Origin: Raillietiella orientalis
Lineage: Eukaryota
Direction of reading: 5' to 3'
Assembly: GCA_036172245.1 (NCBI GenBank)
Contig: JAYWIR010000003.1
Span: 7,192,001-7,256,000 of the forward strand
Length of the DNA stretch: 64,000 nucleotides
This document shows positions 1 through 12,100 of the stretch, piece after piece; the first letter of the stretch is position 1, and every line of letters begins with the position of its first letter. Both the position numbers and the translations under genes were made by a program. The notes beneath the pieces were generated by a model, which had not been told where the DNA came from, ran no database searches, and saw only the letters and a program-made list of their open reading frames with translations.

Positions 1-2100
1 TTAATTCAAGGGAACGTGCCTTTTTGAGCTGCGGGACTGCTGCCCCCTTTCCACGGGTTTTCTCGACCCTTCGAGACATCCGTGGTTTTCGGAAAGCCAC
101 GCTTGCAGCTTGCTGATGTCCTTAAGTTCGCAAAGGGCTCTCTTCCAGTCACTCTGCCCACTGATGCAAAAGCAATCAGCAAGGAGCCATCAGTTGCAAG
201 AGCCTCCATGCACATTAGGTCACACGGGGACGAGGAAGTGTCCTCACCCGATTTTCCCCTTTCCACGAGCTCCCATCCCTGAAAAGAGACAAGCAGCCTC
301 CACCCTCGAAGACTATCAGTGAATCCCTCCTCACTCCGACAGTAATGACGGCAGGCGGCAGAACGCAGTCGATTCCTCGGAGCGACAGGTGGCGCCATCC
401 TGTCTGGATCTTCAAGGAGATCCAGCCAGGCACACAAGGGCGAGCACAGAACAGCGCTCTAGATAGCCTCTGGCTCTCGGCTGGAGAACAGAAGCAGCTT
501 TCTTCTCTGTTACCCCTTCTCTGTTCCTTCTCTGGACCCAAGCTACCGTCAGGTATCCGGCTTCCCACGGTTGGCCACTCCACGGCAAAGAAACGGGAGC
601 AGTCTGCGAATGAGATGACAGTTTCCGTGGACTCCACCGTGATGGTGACCTGACACACTGTCCGAGGAACAAGCTGGCTGAGGCAACCACCCCTAGAGAC
701 TACCCTGCGGCATCGGGATGAGTAAGGGAGAGACAGAAAGAGAGTCAAGGACTCGTACCCGAAGTGCAGCATCCCACATCCAAAACGTTGTGGAACCAAT
801 CCGCCTCTTCCGGGCATCATCGATTTTTTTTTTTTCCGATGGCGACCAGTACCAGCTTTGAGGGAAGGTGCCTGCCCTTCGTCTTGCAGGAGAGGCCAAG
901 ACGCCGCACGGGCGCATGCGCACTTGGACGTACGCGAGCGCAACGGAGCCACCCGGTCCGCTGGAGGTGCCGCGTCAATGGGTCCCTCCCAGGAGGAAAC
1001 GCGGCGAAGACGACGAAGAAACGGCTCCACAGGGAAGCATCTTGAATCGTCCTCTTCCCAATATTCTCCGAGACCCTTTCCGCGTCACCAGCTTCAGTAT
1101 ACCTACCATTTAGACAGCCCTCCTCCCTGGAAGTACCGGACCACCAGTATTCGGTCTGCGCTCTCCGAGCTGAAGATGAGCACCTGAAGTGGATTCCAGA
1201 CTAGACCGTCTGAACCGAGATCCCAGTGACATGGTGACGCACTTCCTGCTGCAGCACGCGAGTCGGAATAGCCGGGTTCTGAGCTAGCTCCCGTAAGAGA
1301 GGAAGCCGTCCTTCCTCTTGGGCTCATGCGAAGCCTGCATACGGCTGCAGGACGGCTCACCCTCTCGGAGAAACGCCGACCCTCCCGAATGGGTTGCACC
1401 AAAGGAGCGGGAAACCATTCCGTGACAAGGGTGGTTTGGCTGCACGGAGGCAACAGGGCTTGTGCAGAAAAAAAATCTTTGGCTGCTAGAAAAAAAGAAA
1501 GGTTGCGTTCCCTGGAAACTACAGTTCCTGTTTTTGACCCTTTCAAGGAGGGAAGTGCTCTCGAAAGCATCCGCCTCCAAAGAAGAGCATGGGGTCATCG
1601 AAAATGACCGAGATCCCAATCGAAGGAATCCTGAACTGGCTTCCGTTGACATCATCGAAAAGGCGCGAGGCGAGATGCCTTCATTCATCTCTGACAGTCC
1701 CCAGTCGATCCCCTGGAGGGGCTGCTGTTTGCTCACTCCTTCCTGCCGATCGCTGCTTCTCCCCCCCCCCTTCTCTTCCAGCGCTCCAGCTGCCGCGCCA
1801 TCTCGCGGAAACCCTGCCGAACCTTCGTCATGCTGAGCCTTCGCGAGCCTCACGGAGCGGGGCAGGCACTCTTCCGCGACCCTCTTGTCTGCTTCCGCCA
1901 CCCTCCTCCACGGAAGAACGGACTCCGCCTGTCAGTCAGGGACGCTCCCTGACAATGGAATTCGACGCGTCGCTCCCTGGAGCTCCGCCGATACGTCCGT
2001 CTCGGTGTTGGCTCCGATGCCGGCGCGAAAGCGCCTAGAACAGCCACGCACCATCGAGTTCCCCTGCAGCCAAATGGCTGGGGAAGTAAAGCTGGGATCT
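1..2100 (-). mobile_element. Decayed L1/Tx1-like LINE ORF2 fragment (APE end to RT N-terminus), runs off the window start
   Basis: Frameshifted minus-strand motifs occur in the expected order: MLFFGGGCF (GGDFN-like, ~1580), GRGRFKM (G-WKLN-like, ~1050), FFAVEWPTVG (~580), WRHLSLRGID (RPISLLN-D-like, ~385), LIAFASV...RGFP (KAFD-V...GF-like, ~170-95). Boundaries approximate. Confidence 0.5.
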
Positions 2101-2794
2101 GCTGTTTGCTTCTCCACCACGTCTAATCGTGTCACCTGTCACTTGCTAGGAGACGATCGCCTCAATTTTTCAAGTCGTAACCGAAATTTTGTTGATCAAG
2201 TTTCGATCCACCAATGGGACCATCGCATGCTCAGAAAAGAAGTTCCAAGAGTAAAATATGGATGATGGAAGAGCGGATCCTTTTCGGCAAGAACCCTTCC
2301 TTGCAAGAACGGAAAAAGGAAGTTGGGAGTCGCAGAGCGCAAAGGAAATGGGAATTTTCCACTGGCGGTCCCCCACCGGGAAACCTCCTCGACATCCTTG
2401 CAGAAAGCACCGGCGCACCGTCACCTGCTCTGCGCTCGTTACGAGATTCCGTACTTGGACTGTTTCCCTCTTGCGCGCGTGCTGATGCTTTCCTTCTCAT
2501 CACGGTGGCCCACCGCTTGCTACCACCGGATGGGTGAAGAGCGCCGTACGATTTTCATCCCGACCATTGGAACACCTCGAAACCCTCTGGGACTGGAGCT
2601 GTCAACTCACCTGCGATTCTCTGTCAGTCTGGTCAACGCGACCCCAGGATTCCCGCGGAAGTTTGAAGGCGCAGGTCAACGTTACGTTTAGCGCACGATG
2701 CGTCGGTTTGACGCGTCACCGACTTCACAAATTTTCCGGGCTCTCTGCGCGCGGAACGGCTGTTGAAGATGGAGGCCGTTTCCCGCGCAGCGAG

Positions 2795-2979
2795 GGCAAC
2801 AATGGAATGCAGCCTACGTATCCATGGTAGGCAACAATGAAATGAAGCCTACGTATCCATGGTAGGCAACAATGAAATGAAGCCTACGTATCCATGGTAG
2901 GCAACAATGAAATGAAGCCTACGTATCCATGGGAGGCAACAATGGAATGAAACCTACGTATCCATGGGAGGCAATAATG
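2795..2979. repeat. 35-bp tandem minisatellite, ~5.3 copies (GGCAACAATGAAATGAAGCCTACGTATCCATGGTA)
   Basis: Units start at 2795, 2830, 2865, 2900, 2935 and partially 2970, with 0-3 substitutions per unit and no spacers. Confidence 0.97.
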
Positions 2980-3799
2980 CTGACATCGCGCCCCGAAGTC
3001 GCTGCCAGAGCGGAAAAGGCACTTTTGCCCTTCCACCAGCATCTGGTACTGGGAACTGAAAGGAACGAGATCCTCCGAGCTTCTCGTGTTTTCTGGTCCA
3101 TATCACACGCGGCAGAACTCAAATCGCATCCAGAAAGTTCGTCGAGATTCGCTTGGAGACGACCTGCGGAAGGTGCTTCCGAACGGGATCGCATCCTCCC
3201 CTCCCACCGCCTTTCTCAATGGCACGACCCGCTCCAGGAAGCATCTTGCTCGTGTATCCTGAAGAACACATGCGTAAAATCGGAGAAAACTGCCCACCTC
3301 TCCCCGTGCGCGTCTTTCCTCCACAGCGATTGGGGCAAGTGTGATGCCCGGCTGCTGCCGCCTGGTGAGATGATTTGAAAGCTCCCCGGCTGGCTCCATG
3401 CCAACAATGGGAAATCAAATTTCCTCGATTTTTTCGAAAGTTGCTTTCCATGTTTCTCGGGCCCCTCCTTTTCTTTTTCCAGCGATGAGAAAAGTCCGTC
3501 CCGTGACAAGGAGAATCAAAGAGAAAATCTCTCAGACTCTTGCTCTCGCGATGATTAGAAAACCTCTGTATCGTGTCCCCTGCGCGTTTTTGAGAAAGAA
3601 GGTACAGCCTTCGTGATGAGAATGGAAACGAAGGAGCCCCTCTGCGTGAGCTACTGGAAACCCGCTCGCAAACAGCCTTTCCACGGGGCCGCAAAATCCA
3701 CGCAAGCGTGTGGGAAGGAAGCTGGGACGGACGGTGGACCCGAGCGAGGTGGAAGAGTTATCGAGACATCGAGACAATGAACTTCCAATGGTCCTACTA

Positions 3800-6000
3800 C
3801 GCTTCATTTAACAATGAACGCCGAGTTGCTGGTTACCGTTGCCGAGCAACCTCGTCGGTTGCTGGTGCGCAGGCCGGCGAGGTCCACCTCGGAGGAGATG
3901 GAGAGGGGGGAGGAAAAAGCAAAAAGAAAAGGAGGGAAAAAAATAAAAAAATTAACAGAAAAACCCAATGGAGGGTCGGGAAGCGAGTCCTCTGCATCCT
4001 TTCCGGGATGCCGGCTTCGCTCCAGGCCGCCACAGTCCCGAGGCTGCGGCTGGCGGTAGGGCATCCGGCGCAAAGAAAGAGAAGTTGTGCAAAGTCACCC
4101 GGGGATGCCAGCCGGGGTCCGCAGGGCCGTCCCCGAACGTTCACCTAGAAGCGGGAGGGCGACGACGCAGTCCACGAGCAGGTGCGGGCGGAACTATCCC
4201 GTTCCCGGCACCTGCGGCAGTCCCTCCGGCGCTCGCACGCCCCAGCGTCCAGCGGTGTCGGCGTGCGTCGCAGGGAAGTGGAGACACACTCTCGGTGCGA
4301 CAGCGCGAGTGAAGAAGACTCCTGCCGCCACAGAGGAAGGGCAACCTGCTGTCCACGGACACCGGGGGCCACCCCTGGTGTTCGTCGAGGAGACCGGGCA
4401 GCTCGTCCCGGAGTGAAAGTCCGCGCGGAAGGGCATCTGAAGTCGCAGCATCTGCCAGCTGCCCCGTGGTCCAAACGTTCGCTTCCTTCTTCCAAGGAGG
4501 GGCAACCCCCACGCCCTCCGGTGACGAGTTGCTGTACACCTGGTTGCCTCGCAGGAGAGGCCTCTCCGAGGTGACAGCTGCCCTTGCTCGCGGCGGCATG
4601 GGGTCTCACGAGCTGCTGGTTCCGTCTTTCTGTTGGTTGGGGCCATGTCCATTTCCGCTCAGGCACCCGGCATCTCAGGAGGGAGACTGTCCTTGTCCTT
4701 GCTCAGCCACGGTTCTCCTTCCTTAATCTTTCGCTTTTCCGAGGCTGTTGGACGGAACCTGCGGCCTTCCTTCCGCTGATGTGTTTGAGCGGCTCCGTGG
4801 TTCCCCTTCCACCCGGGACGGACGATTGCGCTCTCCCTCGTCCCCCGCATAGGTATTCTCGCTGCGTCCGTTACCGGGCTACCAATGGTGCCCTCCGTCC
4901 GGGTCACGCCTCGCAAGGAAGGGAATTGGGAGCGGAAAGAGCCCCCGTTCGTTCGGTTCCTCCGTGCCGGCGGATGAGCCTTGGGCCGACCGTCTTGTGC
5001 CACCTGCGGCCCTGCTCCGGGCTTCAGGGGTGCCGGAAACGCAGCTAGTCCCTCAGCGGCGAGGGAGGTCGTCGTTGCCCTCGTCGCACGAAGTCCCGGG
5101 GCCGGAGGGGCCGCCATAGGCGAGCCACCGTTCGTTTTCGGCTGCCGTTCCTCCCCCCCTCCCCCTCCCGCAAGAGTTCCTCTGGGAACTCGGCGTCTTC
5201 CCGACGTGTTTGCTTACCAGTGGGCGGACGGCCTCTGCGACTGGCATGAGAAGCGCCTGCGGCCTGCTCGCCTCCGCTGGGCACGACTGGCTCTTCCCGA
5301 TCGGCGCTCCGCGGCTGCTCCTCCGCCTGCCCTCCAGCGAAACTGCAAGGGAAACTTCCTCAGCGGCAAGGGGCGGGAGCCTTCTTTCTGCGCGCTCCCA
5401 GCGGCCGCACGGCGCGGTCGGCGTACCCTGCCCGAGCCAGGAAGCTTCCTCCCGGGGGCGACGAGTCCTCCAAGAGTTCTGCGGCGCTCGCTGTCCCCGC
5501 CGTTCTGCGGGGGAAGAAAGCCGGGTCCCTACAGAGTCGGGTCGCTGCTGCCGGAGTTTCCATGAGCAGCACCGGTAGGGACGCCTCTCCGGGCAGGAGA
5601 GGAAAGTACTGGGACGGAACCCGGCGAGCTGCAGCCACGTCCGCGACGTCTGCAGGCGTTGCGCCCGACGGGCGACGAGTCCGCGTGGCTTGGTCGACCG
5701 GCGACTCCTCTCGGAGCGTCCGCTGGTGAACGTCGCCTCCTCCTGCAGACGAGAGCCTCCAGCAGTCTTCTTGCGAACGCCGCCTGCCTTGAATCCGGGA
5801 GCCATCGAAGACTGCGCCAGAAGGAGGCGGCCAGCGCCTCGGCGCCTCCTTCCCATTGTTCGAGGCGTTCCGCGGCCTGCCTGGCTACATGCGGAGTTCT
5901 CCGGGATGCGAACAGCAAGCTGGGAGAGCTGGCGAGGACCACCGAGGACTCAGCCTCCGCCGCCCACGCAGGAGCTGGGCGTTCTATCTTGCTGTCGGCG
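3800..6000 (-). mobile_element. Tx1/L1-like LINE copy 1 (degenerate RT, zf-RVT C-terminus, 3' UTR)
   Basis: GYADR (YADD-like, ~5430); WTTGQLADAAT matching WKTGQLINAAT of copy 3; LPCDARRHRWT...CRRCRER zinc finger (~4190-4280); family 3' UTR (T-rich tract, CTGCG-loop hairpin) at ~3850-3960. Confidence 0.75.
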
Positions 6001-6009
6001 GGCGTTGCA

Positions 6010-6300
6010 GGGGACACCCCAGCCCAGCAGCAGAAGTGCCGACTTCCGCCACTTCAAGGGAGGGGCGCTGCCGCCTCCCAAGAACACCGAGGACCACTTC
6101 AGGTGTTCACAAAGAAAACCGTGCAGCACGCCTCAGCCGTTGAAGCCCTCGTGGAAGGGCACTCGGAGTCGCAGCGTCCGCCAGCCGCCCCGTGGTCCAG
6201 CAACTCATCTGCTTCCTCCTGCACAGACTCGGTTGCAGCGCCAGTCGGTGTAGCTATTCGTCCCGTCAAGTCCGGTCACTGGGGGGCGCTGACGAGGTCC
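6010..6300 (-). mobile_element. Internal fragment of the same Tx1-like family (region just upstream of the zinc finger)
   Basis: CCACTTCAAGGG...GGACCACTTCAGGTGTTC at ~6048-6108 is shared with ~33923-33979; the CACTTCAAGGGGAGG part recurs at ~59926-59940. Confidence 0.6.
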
Positions 6301-7579
6301 ACAACATCAGGAGGGAGTCAAGAGATCAGGAAAAATAAAAAGAAAAAAAGTACGCTAGAGGGCAGGGCTCTCGAGGGTGCTCCACGCGGAAGGAAGCGCG
6401 AAAGGTGAGGTGCGCACCTCCCACCTGCTTCCTTAGCGCTGGCGGGAGGCTATAGGATCCAACCCTTAGCTCGCGAACGCCCAGGGACTTTTTGACCAGC
6501 TCTGGCGCCGAGGGAGGAAGGGAGAAAACGGGAGGGAGGAGGAAGGGGGGCAGAGGAAGGCGCACGCGAATCAGGGAAGCTCAGCACGAAAACGGGGACG
6601 GGGCAAATGAGGGGCTGCCTGGCGGGACGCGCGCGGGGAGATGATGAGGTCGGGCGAATTTGCATGCCGGTGCTTGCGCGCGTGCGAAATTTCCCTCCCC
6701 CCATGCGCTCGAAGTTTCCGACCGGGCCATAATCGCCGGCCGTCTTGACGCAATTACCGGCCCCTCCGTCACCCCTTCCAGCTCAGGGGCGCCTGCGATC
6801 GAGTTTCCGCGTCGCTGCTCTGACTGCAGCTGCAGGAAGCGGCGGTCACCACCCGCAAGCAGCGGCGATCCTGGCGATCGGAAAGAAAAGTTTCCTCTGG
6901 AAAGAGCAGGCCGGGTTCCCGGGGGTCTCGTGGTCACGACGGTATGCACGGAGATTGCGTGTTCGGACGGGCGTCGCCGACCTCCGCAAAGACAGCCATC
7001 CCCATCCGCACACTCGGTCCAGCGAAGCCCTTCCTCCCCAGTCGCGGTAAGGGGAGAGACTTCCGGTCGATCGGATGGCCGCGAATCCACGTGCGACCCA
7101 AGCAGCGCGCATGCGTTCCACGTCAGCGCGTGGTCCCGGGGAGGAGGCGAGGTCCGGTCGCCGCTTGCGTGCCAGAGCTACGCCTCCACCGTCCGCCCTC
7201 CCTTGCCCGACGGGCTCCGAGCGGGCGGATGGCGGGCGTATCTTCTGCAGGAGAGTCGGGACAGGAATCGGAACTCTTCCTTCCTCTCCCTCCCCGGAGG
7301 TCCAACTGCCACGGTTCGCTCTCGCGCGCACCGCACGCGGACAGGAACGGAGGGCGTTCTCGCGGAGCGAGGATGCACGGCAGAGGCCACTGGCTCCGTC
7401 ACTCTCGACCACCTTCCTCCGGTACCCGTCCGTTCTTCCAGGAAGGGGACATCGCGCGACGAGGACTGGAATGGAGCTCTCCGGGACGTCCGCCTGCGCT
7501 TCACGGAAGGCGCGATCCGCTTGAATCCAAGCAACTGGGGGAGCATTCTCGAATAGCAGTGGCACGCAGCGAAACGAAG

Positions 7580-8530
7580 GCCCGGGTGTGCCGGGGCATT
7601 TACTGAAGGTCAATAAACATGCAAGTGTCGTAGTGGGGCACGTAGCCCTACCACGGCACATCCTACAATTGACCTGCCGGGTCGCCAGTGCGCAGACCGG
7701 CTGGGCTCACCTCAGCAGCGGAGGGGGATGGGGGAAAAAAAGAAAAAGAAAATAAAAATAAATAAATGAAGCTTATTTATTTTTATTTTCTGGAGAATTG
7801 GCGAGGGATCACAGTCCTCTGGAAGGAATCCTCTGCGCCCTTTCCAGGATGCCGGCTAGGTCGTTCCGTACATTGTCCAGGTGGGGCCGTCTGGACTCTA
7901 CCGGCAGAAAGCGAACTGCGAACAGGAAGGCGTCCCTATCGTTCCTCCCCTCGTTGACTTCGTTCCACGCCGCCACGATCCTCGAAGGCAGCAAAGTGTT
8001 GCTAGGGCTGCGGCTGGCTGCAGGGCATCCCGCACAAAGAGGAGGAGCCGTACAACGTCCCTGGGGTTGCCGCCGGGGGTTCCAAGGGTAGCAACAAAGC
8101 GTTCCCGGTGGGGATAGATGGCAACACAGTCCACTAGTAGGTGAGGGAAGGACTCTCGCTCCCTGCACCTGGCACAGTTCGGGTCCAGACCCGCCCAACC
8201 CCGAGTCCAGTGATTCAGAGGACGTTGCACGAGAGGCTCCCCAGTTCAGCAGCATCAACGCCGGCTTCTGCTACTTCAATGGGTGGGCGCAGGTGTCCAT
8301 AAGCACCGAGGGGAAGCCATCCAGGGGTTAGCTACTTGATGACCCATCGGAACATCCGGTAGCAAGTCCCAGCTCAAGTCCAGGGAGGCTGCTCGAAGGG
8401 CAGAACGGTCACACCTGGCGCGCTGCGTCCTCGAGCAGCCCCAGTAATGGCGCGCGCTCCAGACCGGCAACCCGTCCGTCCTGAGGTCCCCCGGAACCCG
8501 GAGGCTCGCGACAGCAGTCGTCCCGATCCC
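7580..8530 (-). mobile_element. Tx1/L1-like LINE copy 2, 5'-truncated (zf-RVT plus 3' UTR)
   Basis: HWTRGWAGLDPNCARCRERESFPHLLVDC is a C-x2-C-x7-H-x4-C finger; ORF2 stop TGA at 7809-7811 followed by TCCC; structured 3' UTR down to ~7580. Confidence 0.85.
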
Positions 8531-8949
8531 ATTTTCTCCCTCGCATGAATTTAAATCGCGCGAAACGCGCGGCACCGCAATTTATGATGGCGATCGTAAA
8601 TCACCAGCGCCATCGTGACCCGGCTTGATGTTTCCACCGGAAGACTCCCAGAAATTCTTCTGTTTCCCGTGATTTGTGAGGGACGCAGTTGTAATTTCAA
8701 ATGTTTTCAGGGAAGGCTTGAGGAAGGAATTTGATTGGTTATTGACGGTGTACTTTATAGATTCGCGAGCATCCGTCTAAAAAAAAGGAAAAGAAAGAAA
8801 GAAAGGTGGAAATCACCAACCGAAAGCAACGCGAGGCTGGCGGGGGCAGTCTGGTTCCGTTCCACGAGCTGAAGAATGCGGCGTCCCGGACAGAGCTGCG
8901 CCAACGACTCCGGAGGGTGAAGATGTGAGCTATTTTCCATCTCGGTCTG

Positions 8950-11900
8950 ATTTATGGATTCGTGAATCCACCGTGCAAGGTGCTGCTCGCTGAAGAGCAG
9001 CGTGCAGGTGCTTTCAACTGCTTATTCATCCTAGCAGATGCGACGGCGGCCGACTCCCGTCTGGAACACTCGCGGAGATTAATGGCGCAGTGCAAGATGG
9101 GGCTGCTACTTTCCCGCACAACAAGTGTTCCGAAGTGTCTGAGCCGTGAGATGACACGGACATGGTGCATCGTCCCGGAGAGTACACGGTGAAGAGCTGT
9201 GGAGACGCAGGTCGTCCGATCGATGACGCGGGATGCGAGAGGCTGAGACGGCCCGATGTCACAGATGAGAGATGCAGTTTGGGAAAGGATGGTCGCCCCA
9301 GGCTGCAAAGTAAAAACGGATGAAGCTGCGAGCTCGTGCGCTTGGTTACGAATGAAGATGGCTAGCGCGCGCAACTGATGATTCGGGGTTGTCGTCCGTT
9401 GCCCGGAGTTCTGTGAGTAGCGCAGGCAAGCCTCGGTAAGCATCCCTCACCGTCCCGTGACTCCTGCCTCCCCCTCATACAGCCGGATTCGATCTCCACA
9501 TTTAAATTCGATGTTGCTGGAGTACGCTGTGCACTCCGGCCTACTTTGGGGTTGCGGAGAGCCACGGGACCGTGAGGGTGTCTTTGAATCGAGGGCTCTT
9601 TCGTACGCCCCCATGCACGTCGTTGACAGGTTGCGTTCGCGCCCGTCCAGCTCGCCGGTTGCCTGCAGGAGATCACAGGCTAGAGACCCTGGGAAAGTGG
9701 CACCTGGGAAGGACCACGGACCAGAAGCTCATTTCGATTATCGATTCCTTGGAGTTCCGCTTGGAGGCGCTACACTCTTCACCGGGATTTGAGTCATGGC
9801 TCCGCCACGCAAGTGGAACACATGAAATGCTCGTGGGATGCTTGATGCGAGGAGTTTTATCTCCATCTCAAGTCTACTTACTGCCTTCTTTTCCCTCTAA
9901 GAGCATACGGGAGAACGCAAAAAAAAAACAAAAAACTATCACGTTCCCCAGGATGCAAGCCCACGTAGAAGCACCCCCTATTAGCCTTCATTGGCTATTT
10001 CGTTCCATGCGCTTGCAAATGCAAGGAATTGGGAGGGTACCGCAATACAGTTCCGTCCTGCCCGGTACGAAATTGCGGCGGGAAGCGGAAATTCCACTGG
10101 CGTTCTGGAAAAATCCGAAGATCGTAAAGCTGTGGAACACCATCAAATGGAGGCATTAAGCTCCGAGCAAAGTTCCTGATCCTCGTTTTTTTCGTCTCAT
10201 TCCGGCAGACCTTAGGTTGCTCGCAGAACCTGGGACTACGTACGTTCGGCCGGGTCGTTTCCACAAGAGAAAGGTCATCGGGGGCGCAGGAAGCGACTGA
10301 TCCGACGCAGTTCCTAGGGCGAAACGAAACTACCTCCTCTCCCCTCCCCCCCACCCCCGTCGGGAAATGTGACCGTCTCTTTAGGAAGATCAAGTTGCCA
10401 GCTGGCGGCACCTGCCTCCTTTCCACCCCTTCGTTCGGTCGGCGGCAGCTCGTTCACGACTGACTGAAAGACTCCAGGCAAAAAAATCAGCATGCAATGA
10501 GTGGCTCCTGCGCAGCCCAGCGTTGGTGTGCCGCGCCCCTCCATCGTGGTCCATTGGTCTCTGACTCGCTTGGGACCCACCCAACAGAAGTTGTATTTCT
10601 GTTTTTCTTTCGGGCGACTTTCAGCCAACTGCACCAGCAGCAGCATCGCGGGAAGGGCAACACGAAAGAAGCCGGAGCTCTGCCGTCCCTCAAGTTACCA
10701 AGTCTCCCTTCCGCTCCAGCGCCGCCGCCGACCGCGCGTGCGCAGCAAAAGCAGTTGTTCCGCTCACACGGGAGAGGCAGGCGAACGTTGGTTAATTTCT
10801 GGCAAGTTTTAAAGCAGGATGAGCGCAACTTCCTTCTGACAGTGTGTTTACTCAGTGGCCACGTGTGCATCCGTTCCTCGTGCGGCAGCCGGAAGTCGAC
10901 TGCAGCTGCAAGGATGCCACCTCCGATGCCTTCTTGCGCTGCACGTTTGGCATTCAATCCTGTGATATGAGAAACCTGCTTTCCTCGCGTTTGCTGCTCC
11001 GAAAGCCTCTGAAAGACCATGCGTGTGACCCGCAGCCCCCCACGGGCCAGTTCGCCGCCGTGCGTCCTGCCCGATGAGTCCGCTTGTCCCGACGCACGAA
11101 AGCCTTTCGTCCAGAAGGAAATGCCAGACTCTTCCAGATCGTCGTTCTGATTCGCACGTCAATGGATCACCGTAGCCGACTTTCAGCCTTGGCGCTTTTG
11201 CTGCTGTTCAGTCAGGGATGCGACACTTTGGCTTCCGGTAAGCAGCAGTGCTCAGAGATGCTCCGACCTTTTTTTGGAAAAGGGACGACCTCCTCGGAGG
11301 GTTTGCTGAATGAGTCATTGAGGAATGGCTGCATTTTCATCCGAGCTCTTGGGGGCTCCAAGCTGGGGAGGGGGGTAGGGGCAAATGAGCGGATTGCCCT
11401 GGGGTAGATGCGATCTTGCCGGATCTCGGATGCGCTGCTGCGTTTCACCACGCGCTGTTCGCGGTGCCCCATTTCGCGAGTGGGGTGCGGAAGCACAATT
11501 CGTGCACCCGGCACTGAGATGTCTGGAAGCAGCGCAGGATGGCGATGACTGTTTACCTGGAAGCTTAACCCTGTCGGACCTCGAACAACTGGACTCCTGT
11601 AACGGATTAGGCGGCTTCTCCTGCAACTGGGGACTTGGCGTCGATGGAGGGGATGAGGAGAGGACCTTTTTGTACTTTTGCTGGCCGACGCTGAGCGCAT
11701 CATGGAACGATGCCCACAAAATGCGTTGGCAGTTTGATTCTTGAGCTTCAATTCATCAATTTGTTTTCTTTTCTTTTCTTTTCTTTTGGAGGGGGGGAGG
11801 CGGAAGCTCAAGAATCAAATTGATGAATTGGTCACGGCAGTGGCCAGACCTGCCTCCCCTCTTCGAGACGTGAGCTGCGTTTCGCCGATATGTCGAGTGC

Positions 11901-12100
11901 TTCGGGTTCCGATAGCCGTTGTGATTTTAGGCAGCATTATCTTCCCATGCAGCATCAGTACCTTCGATGCATGCGAGAGGTACATTCCCCGTCTGGGAGA
12001 TTCGGCCTTACGAGAATCCCCGAACTTGGTATTCTCGTCCACTCGTGGCGAAGGTTAGCTCGGGAACGTGTGGCCCCTGAACCAGTTTCCTCGAACTTGG
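8950..12100 (-). mobile_element. Heavily decayed L1/Tx1-like ORF2 (APE to RT)
   Basis: Ordered degenerate motifs: RGEAGLA (~11855), RQDRIY (~11410), SISEHC (SDH-like, ~11255), IWKSL (~11130), GGVRK (~9608), AYSSNI (YADD-like, ~9520), YSQNSGQ (~9410). Many stops and frameshifts. Confidence 0.5.
11162..11237 (+). CDS. Candidate first (signal peptide) exon of the Dpr-family gene
   Basis: ATG at 11162 encodes MDHRSRLSALALLLLFSQGCDTLAS, followed by donor CCG|GTAAGC in phase 1, which matches the phase-1 acceptor at 20285. It lies inside antisense LINE-like DNA, so it may be coincidental. Confidence 0.35.

Noticed and set aside
2795..2979. CRISPR array
   Set aside because: The units are contiguous with no unique spacers, there are no cas genes, and the context is eukaryotic.
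7625..7660. Pistol-ribozyme-like P1 (minus strand CGTGGTAGGGCTACG)
   Set aside because: It occurs only in copy 2, the downstream pistol elements are absent, and sister copies support a different stem.
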